A stretch of 64,000 nt of DNA from assembly GCA_964187785.1 (NCBI GenBank), contig OZ076409.1:3226001-3290000 (forward strand). Direction: 5' to 3'. Shown piece by piece: positions 62,201-64,000 of this stretch. The position numbers were made by a program, and so were the translations under genes. Every line of letters begins with the position of its first letter. Positions within the stretch are counted from its first letter, which is position 1. The notes under the pieces were generated by a model. It was not told where the DNA came from. It ran no database searches and worked only from the letters and a program-made list of their open reading frames with translations. This stretch comes from Amphiscolops sp. MND2022. Taxonomy: Eukaryota.

Positions 62201-63586
62201 CACTTTTGGGAGCCAATCAATATTTTAATCAACTCAATCTCATCTTGAAATGAAGAGTATCTCTTTAAAAGAATATATGTTCCTTACAGAAAAAAAACTT
62301 TCTCGCTGCCTACCGAAAATTGATTGGTGAAGCGATTGATTCATTCAAATTGTAATTTGGTTCAAATGAACTGAAAATGCCTCGTTTTCCTCTGTTCGTA
62401 GTTAGAGCTCACTCAAATTGATATTATTCCACTCAATGAGGAAATTCAAACCGGCGCTATTGTTAAGTTAGGGCTGAATTTTATTGGTCGATTCACTTAA
62501 TGTGTAAAGTTGCTTCGCTTAAATTAAAATTGGTGAATGATTAGAGAAATTTGGTCTGATAGTTAGTAGTTAGGACTGTTTCCTTCTGGCTCGCTCAAAT
62601 CCCAGTGATACGATTTTGATGCCATTGCACATATAGAACTCTTATATGGTGTGGAATGACTGTAGAAAATTTCGTTTGAATCGAAAATTGAAAAATGGCT
62701 GTTTTTTGGTCGTCTTTGGGCTAACTCTGGCTATGTTTCTCAGATCTCAGCCATACAATTTTGATGCCATTGCGAACGCAGAAGCACCTTTGGGTGTATT
62801 ATAGTGACTGTGGAAAATTTTATGGAAATCATATGGACAATTTTTGAGAAATTAGAAATTTTCATTGACAAATCGGGACAAAACGTCACGATTGCATAAG
62901 TAGTCAAAACTTTTTTCTGACTCCTCCTAAAAATTGGTGTATTATACATACCTTTTCCATGTCAATTTCGCCAAAATGAAATTGAACTTTGCCAAGATGA
63001 AAATCAAGATCGCGTGAATGAATTTCAATTTCGCTTTCGTGAAACAATTTTCGCCAATATGAAACTGAATTTTGCCAAAAAGAAAATGACTTTGCCAAAT
63101 TAGAAACAGATTTTTTGTGTGAAATTGAGTTTCGCTACGGCGGAAATGAATTTCGTTCATGCAAAATTGATTTCCTTTTTGGCAAAGTTGAGTTGCATGT
63201 TGGCGATGATTTTCAATTTTGTTCAGGCGGAATTGACTTTCATTTCGGCGGCGAAATTCAGATGGAAAAGGTATAGAGAAAGTTAGTAGTGTGAAAGTAG
63301 GAAGTGGTAGTTACCTGTAGCTGTCCACTGACGCACTCGGAAGATGGTTGCATGTGTGGGTGACCTTGGCCCCCGGTGGAAGAGAAGTGACCTGTGGGTG
63401 GGGGGGCTGCAGAGATATTTCTGTAGACGGAGGCGGGTAAACTATAGAATAAGGCACTGGCTGCACTACTACTGCTAATGTTAGCATTGCTGCTGCTACT
63501 TCCCCCTCCTGCTCCTCCGTTCATGACGTCACCACTGCCGCCCCCAACCCCCACTGCTGCCGATGACGTCACACTGCTGTGTACTC
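1530..63586 (-). CDS. RIMS: RIM family (Rab3-interacting molecule, RIMS1/2 / unc-10-like) active-zone protein; partial 14-exon gene running off both window ends
   Basis: Spliced translation VSGQLQ|MQLSYNDKDSQLTVTVCQAVDLISREGGQARNPYAKIYLLPDRSEDSLRRTKTATNTLCPQWNQSFSFYVNR|NSFPDKELEVTLWD...EFLGE|VLLSLDQAMLDND...PQWYDLHVHDSSSNHSLPIPSP matches the RIM C2A pattern (RNPYxKIYxLPDRS, RRTKT, LExTLWD, EFLGE, WYxL..HD..SLPxPxP). All 13 introns are GT-AG with compatible phases. Confidence 0.88.
2012..2285 (-). CDS. RIMS: RIM linker exon (RNIPMRRQSS...SPHL)
   Basis: Acceptor (TG)n-TTGAAG|, donor AG|GTTAGA; 274 nt, phase 1 to 2. Confidence 0.76.
2332..2683. mobile_element. hAT-type MITE (TTAGCG-rich family)
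   Basis: TIRs CAGAGTTTTGACA / TGTCAAAACCCTG; perfect 8-bp TSD ATTGTTAA. Confidence 0.88.
2694..2997 (-). mobile_element. 5'-truncated CRE copy (last codons FHDGGLS* plus 3' UTR)
   Basis: Same ORF terminus and 3'-UTR module as 25195-25579. Confidence 0.72.
3930..4101. mobile_element. Tc1/mariner-type MITE
   Basis: TA-CAGTCGATCCCGGATAT...ATATCCGGGATCCACTG-TA; a relative at 59393-60079 is split by a HINE-A copy. Confidence 0.78.
5023..5213 (-). CDS. RIMS: RIM linker exon, Gly-rich (GGTSPGSTGP...EYVN)
   Basis: Acceptor TTTTTCAG|, donor G|GTTAGT; 191 nt, phase 2 to 1. Confidence 0.8.
5267..7143. mobile_element. Composite hAT-type element with nested insertions
   Basis: Ends CAGGGACTCCGAA / TTCGGAGTTTCTG; perfect TSD ACTGTCAT; a second left end at 6688; internal element with ATCTTGGCAAG repeats (about 5320-6480). 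Confidence 0.75.
7861..7989 (-). CDS. RIMS: RIM linker exon (MCHSDAEGDFLSDYE...SYR)
   Basis: Acceptor TTTCAG|, donor CA|GTAAGT; 129 nt, phase 2 to 2. Confidence 0.8.
8808..8873 (+). other. tRNA-derived (Pol III A/B-box) segment inside a repeat
   Basis: TGGCTTAGTGG...GGTTCGAATCT at tRNA-like spacing, but no intact cloverleaf. Confidence 0.45.
9287..9601 (-). CDS. RIMS: RIM linker exon (SGRGNGG...HFTRD)
   Basis: Acceptor GTGCAG|, donor AG|GTAGGC; 315 nt, phase 2 to 2. Confidence 0.78.
9946..10179 (-). CDS. RIMS: RIM linker exon (SPTYYSD...FPRSLPDP)
   Basis: Acceptor TGTTTAG|, donor AG|GTTGGT; 234 nt, phase 2 to 2. Confidence 0.78.
10272..10374 (-). mobile_element. CRE 3'-terminal fragment
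   Basis: AAGGACCGCGCGTACTGAAACCGGGATTTGG...GTGTCAGTA, near-identical to 2694-2802. Confidence 0.65.
10958..11338. mobile_element. MITE with ~50-bp TIRs
   Basis: ATTGTAATACACCGTT..TGAAGCATATCAGATGTT / AACATCTGATATGCTTCA..AACGGTGTATTGCAAT. Confidence 0.7.
11375..11557. mobile_element. Tc1/mariner-type MITE
   Basis: TA-CAGTCAAACTCGGATAAAAGAAAC...GTTTCTTTTATCCGAGTTCGACTG-TA. Confidence 0.85.
11597..11774 (-). CDS. RIMS: RIM linker exon (EGYHYVTGSSRHSD...RYSS)
   Basis: Acceptor GCACAG|, donor AG|GTCACA (weak); 178 nt, phase 1 to 2. Confidence 0.75.
11797..12211. mobile_element. Fold-back MITE with long imperfect TIRs
   Basis: CATTTCGTCCTAT..CCGCCATTTCGAAATAAACTAATTTTGGCTA is mirrored by TAGCCAAAATTAGTTTATGTCGAAACGGCGG..ATAGGATGAAATG. 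Confidence 0.7.
13264..13590 (-). CDS. RIMS: RIM linker exon (REDVFLSRKG...GYHSA)
   Basis: Acceptor TTTTATCAG|, donor G|GTTGGT; 327 nt, phase 1 to 1. Confidence 0.78.
13674..15972 (-). mobile_element. Cluster of nested or tandem HINE-A elements
   Basis: Hairpin ends ACAAG(C/A)CG...AAGTCGGCGC at 13674, 14101, 14486 and 15451; GCGCCGACTAAAA ends at about 15165, 15220, 15915 and 15972. Confidence 0.7.
13826..14015 (+). repeat. 22-bp minisatellite (ACGTTATATCCGAACTTTGAAA), about 8 copies
   Basis: Direct inspection; lies inside a HINE-A copy. Confidence 0.85.
15973..16490 (-). mobile_element. HINE-B: second Helentron-associated family
   Basis: Minus strand: TATTATTTCTGC-GATA-GCAG at the 5' end; GCAGAAATAATA plus a GC hairpin and T-run at the 3' end; no TSD. 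Confidence 0.68.
17784..18311 (+). mobile_element. HINE-A: Helentron-associated (DINE-1-like) non-autonomous element, full-length
   Basis: T-run + subTIR AGTCGGCGC with nearby partial inverted copy (GCAGACT); 3' subTIR GCGCCGACT followed by hairpin GCCG-TTCC-CGGC and TTGTT; no TSD. Confidence 0.72.
18318..18790 (-). mobile_element. HINE-B copy
   Basis: Homologous to 15973-16490; part is repeated at 19211-19447 by tandem duplication. Confidence 0.68.
18554..19871 (+). repeat. Direct tandem duplication, 657-bp unit
   Basis: 18554-19210 = 19211-19867; TCAA at all three breakpoints. Confidence 0.95.
20354..20796 (-). mobile_element. HINE-B copy
   Basis: Clear terminal hairpin GCCCC-ATGC-GGGGC next to subTIR TATTATTTCTGC. 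Confidence 0.7.
20835..20972 (-). CDS. RIMS: RIM linker exon (VADKTSSWDNNSNP...DRSHG)
   Basis: Acceptor TTTCAG|, donor G|GTAAGA; 138 nt, phase 1 to 1; GC-rich island between two transposons. Confidence 0.8.
21011..21412. mobile_element. Mutator (MULE)-like MITE
   Basis: TIR core ATTCAAATCGTAGAATATTCAAA / TTTGAATATTCTACGATTTGAAT, G/C termini, 9-bp TSD ACTCAACAC/ACTCAATAC. Confidence 0.7.
22114..22412 (-). mobile_element. HINE-A copy
   Basis: CAAGCCGGGAACGGCCCAAGTCGGCGCC...GCGCCGACTAAAA. Confidence 0.7.
24540..25579 (+). mobile_element. Degenerate tandem CRE-clade retrotransposon remnants
   Basis: Broken frames TLQPVEGEFFVHKTTTAEDETRL..GLWDTR..KLKYDFRIIN, KIINLEKNTFNP and YPDAISYTRTKIRFAL..HDGGLS* align by eye to the 57173-57751 ORF; 3'-UTR ends at 24812-24912 and 25450-25579. 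Confidence 0.8.
25913..26498 (+). mobile_element. HINE-A copy with internal 22-bp minisatellite
   Basis: Ends GCGCCGACTTGGGCCGGTCCCGGCTTGTT; internal TTCAAAGTTCGGATATAACGTT repeats. Confidence 0.65.
26999..27508 (-). mobile_element. HINE-B copy nested in a hAT MITE
   Basis: Homologous to 15973-16490; absent from the sibling MITE at 51960-52335. Confidence 0.7.
28079..28162 (+). repeat. 20-bp tandem repeat AGGGACCACACTTATAAAAT (3 copies plus 1 dispersed)
   Basis: Inverted partner AAGTGTGGTCCCT at 27842 and 27891. Confidence 0.8.
28654..28982. mobile_element. hAT-type MITE, same family, inverted
   Basis: Ends CAGGGTTTTGA / TGTCAAAACTCTG; perfect TSD CTCAAAAG. Confidence 0.88.
29163..29568. 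mobile_element. TA-flanked MITE with 30-bp TIRs
   Basis: TACAGACATGATGTAATACACATCTAATTT / AAATTAGATGTGTATTACATTATGTCTGTA. Confidence 0.72.
29637..30257 (-). CDS. RIMS: RIM exon: 621-nt Pro/Ser/Thr/Gly-rich linker exon
   Basis: GC-rich open frame; acceptor GTGCAG|, donor A|GTAATT (weak); phase 1 to 1. Confidence 0.72.
31281..31453. mobile_element. Tc1/mariner-type MITE nested in a TTCGTACA-repeat element (about 31050-31490)
   Basis: TA-CAGT...ACTG-TA; inverted sibling at 34585-34757. Confidence 0.78.
32127..32282. mobile_element. TA-flanked MITE (CCGTA termini)
   Basis: TA-CCGTATTTC...GAAGTACGG-TA. Confidence 0.6.
32380..32790 (+). repeat. Dispersed repeat family, unclassified (ATCCCAGTCATACGATTTTGATGCCATTGC core)
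   Basis: Related copies at about 35090-35280, 35727-35920, 36308-36620, 41190-41590 and 62575-62930. Confidence 0.7.
33524..33709. mobile_element. Tc1/mariner-type MITE, same family as 11375-11557
   Basis: Same TIRs and TA TSD. Confidence 0.85.
34585..34757. mobile_element. Tc1/mariner-type MITE
   Basis: TA-CAGTGGAATCCG...CCGGAGTTCACTG-TA. Confidence 0.78.
34792..35060 (+). mobile_element. 5'-truncated CRE copy (GGLS* plus 3' UTR)
   Basis: Inverted homologue of 2694-2997; its 3' tip is repeated at 35634-35696. Confidence 0.72.
34998..36273 (+). repeat. Direct tandem duplication, ~637-bp unit, slightly diverged
   Basis: TAAGGGCAAAAAAGTCGTCTCTC starts at 34998 and 35634; both copies end TTTTTGAGCCTTA; scattered substitutions and a 2-bp indel. 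Confidence 0.92.
36654..36894 (-). CDS. RIMS: RIM exon: C2A C-terminus (VLLSLDQAMLD...WYDL) plus Pro-rich tail
   Basis: Acceptor CTTCAG|GTG, donor T|GTGAGA; 241 nt, phase 0 to 1. Confidence 0.88.
37726..38363 (-). mobile_element. HINE-B copy with internal fold-back
   Basis: Homologous to 15973-16490 with an added inverted duplication at 37858-37958. Confidence 0.68.
38978..39337 (+). mobile_element. HINE-A, internally deleted version of 17784-18311
   Basis: Same ends; lacks about 170 bp including the tRNA-like B-box segment. Confidence 0.72.
40040..40375 (+). repeat. Dispersed repeat family, unclassified (AACAGGAAGCTGTTGA / GTGTGAACAAAGTTTGTA core)
   Basis: Related copies at 1-260, 690-1010, 4660-4970 and inverted at about 55130-55390. 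Confidence 0.7.
40922..41078 (-). CDS. RIMS: RIM exon: C2A middle (LEVTLWD...EFLGE)
   Basis: Acceptor TTGGCAG|, donor GAG|GTATGG; 157 nt, phase 2 to 0. Confidence 0.9.
41709..42440. mobile_element. hAT-type MITE, same family, with internal 77/78-bp tandem expansion
   Basis: Starts CAGAGTTTCGACACTGCTAATCAGCG, as at 2332; degenerate TSD CCAGCCAC/CCAAACAC. Confidence 0.75.
41983..42412 (+). repeat. 77/78-bp tandem repeat, about 5.5 copies
   Basis: Units start at 41983, 42061, 42138, 42216, 42293 and 42370. Confidence 0.92.
42469..42683 (-). CDS. RIMS: RIM exon: C2A domain N-terminal half
   Basis: Acceptor TTGTAG|ATG, donor AG|GTCGGT; 215 nt, phase 0 to 2; contains RNPYAKIYLLPDRS...RRTKT. Confidence 0.92.
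42785..43233 (+). mobile_element. HINE-A copy at the left edge of the 1.7-kb array
   Basis: TTTTAGTCGGCGC...GCGCCGACTTATGCCGTTCCCGGCTTGTT. Confidence 0.7.
43021..49862 (+). repeat. Tandem array of four ~1.7-kb units (1730, 1652, 1730, 1730 bp), each with a 78-bp minisatellite block
   Basis: Units start at 43021, 44751, 46403 and 48133 and are near-identical; 9, 8, 9 and 9 full 78-bp monomers plus a partial. Confidence 0.95.
50199..50236 (+). repeat. (GA)n microsatellite
   Basis: Direct inspection. Confidence 0.9.
51960..52335. mobile_element. hAT-type MITE, uninterrupted version of 26942-28227
   Basis: Same TIRs; TSD GGGATAAA/GTGATAAA (7/8). Confidence 0.82.
52877..53125 (+). repeat. ~22-29-bp minisatellite (CGGCCAAGTGAAACCTTTTGTTTTTTTT), about 10 copies
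   Basis: Direct inspection. Confidence 0.88.
53659..53691 (-). CDS. RIMS: Candidate alternative first coding exon of RIM (MPGRCVEADWQ)
   Basis: ATG at 53691 with an in-frame TAG 9 nt upstream, 11 codons, phase-0 donor CAG|GTGAAT matching the phase-0 C2A acceptor; lies in a TE-poor island. Confidence 0.5.
55897..56080 (-). pseudogene. hAT transposase C-terminal dimerisation-domain remnant
   Basis: LSTLAVTLEKLAPSSASLERIFSAMGFIQNDLQNRLGMEKLEKLTFV fits the hAT dimerisation motif (P.SSAS.ER.FS..G......RNRL..E..EKL.F); the rest of the transposase is not visible. Confidence 0.78.
56744..58161 (+). mobile_element. HINE-A copy interrupted by a CRE insertion
   Basis: Both HINE-A ends flank 56879-57873. 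Confidence 0.7.
56879..57873 (-). mobile_element. 5'-truncated CRE-clade (restriction-like endonuclease) non-LTR retrotransposon
   Basis: Open frame FRDGLSLRYG..CSCGEDFTVSHALHC (CCHC)..RHNEIRD..ARLDI..FFDVKIFNP..KKLKYE..TGG..ISFALLR..EGRLS*, then a 3' UTR; flanked by the 16-bp direct repeat ACTTAGCTTACGAAGT (56863-56878, 57874-57889); inserted inside a HINE copy. Confidence 0.85.
59507..60029 (-). mobile_element. HINE-A, near-identical inverted copy of 17784-18311
   Basis: Same subTIRs, hairpin and interior. Confidence 0.72.
60560..61308 (-). mobile_element. HINE-A copy with about 1.5-2 monomers of the 78-bp minisatellite
   Basis: ACAAGACAGGAACGTCTAAAGTCAGCGC...AAAGCGCCGACTAAAA; 60740-60875 is the reverse complement of the array monomer. 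Confidence 0.62.
61717..62313. mobile_element. Probable MITE
   Basis: TIRs GCAGCGAGAAAAGTT / AACTTTCTCGCTGC. Confidence 0.5.
63315..63586 (-). CDS. RIMS: RIM exon: Ser/Gly-rich pre-C2A linker ending in VSGQLQ (first C2A strand)
   Basis: Acceptor TTGTTAG|, donor CAG|GTAACT; 272 nt, phase 1 to 0; joins in frame to exon 42469-42683. Confidence 0.85.
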
Positions 63587-64000
63587 CTAACAACAAAAGG
63601 AGTATCTACAGAAAACTTTAAAACAAGACGGGAATGTCTAAAGTCGGCGCTATATCTAAGGCTCAAAAAAAATTTTCAGAATTGTAAAACGGGGACCCTT
63701 TGAGCTTTTTGAAAAACCAGTTGTTGCAAAATATTAAAAAATGAAGAGGGGGCCCTTCGGAGACATTAAAAAATTTTCAAAAGAAATCAAAAAATGAAAA
63801 TTTTGAACAGTGTCACAGTGCCGAAAAATGTAAAATGGGGACCCTTAGGGATTTTTCAAAGGAGCTATTGAGGCTAAGAATAGGTCTAAGCCTAACACTT
63901 TTTTTCCAAAATTTCCTTGGTACCTAGTTTGGTTTGAATGACATCAGCATTAAAAAAATAGAACATGTCTCCAAAACTGAGAAAAGTGAGTTTTTTTTTG

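Overview
This is AT-rich, transposon-dense animal (invertebrate-type) genomic DNA, not prokaryotic. The whole window lies inside one minus-strand gene for a presynaptic active-zone RIM (RIMS/unc-10) protein. I traced 14 GT-AG exons by hand (63586 down to 1530, 3570 nt, about 1190 codons); intron phases match at every junction. They encode the end of the PDZ-C2A linker, the complete C2A domain and a ~950-aa low-complexity linker. The Zn-finger/PDZ and C2B exons are expected outside the window. The introns are mostly non-autonomous mobile DNA: two Helentron-associated (HINE/DINE-1-like) families, hAT MITEs with 8-bp TSDs, a hAT transposase remnant, Tc1/mariner-type MITEs, a MULE-like MITE and 5'-truncated CRE-clade retrotransposons. 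There is also a 4 x ~1.7-kb tandem array carrying a 78-bp minisatellite, and two ~650-bp tandem duplications. The best leads are (1) a candidate internal first exon (MPGRCVEADWQ) that splices in frame onto C2A, (2) a covarying structured 3'-UTR module shared by two CRE subfamilies, (3) splicing routes that create stop codons after C2A, (4) a Pro-rich insertion in a C2A loop and (5) a 50-bp fold-back hairpin. All calls come from reading the sequence; no searches were run.
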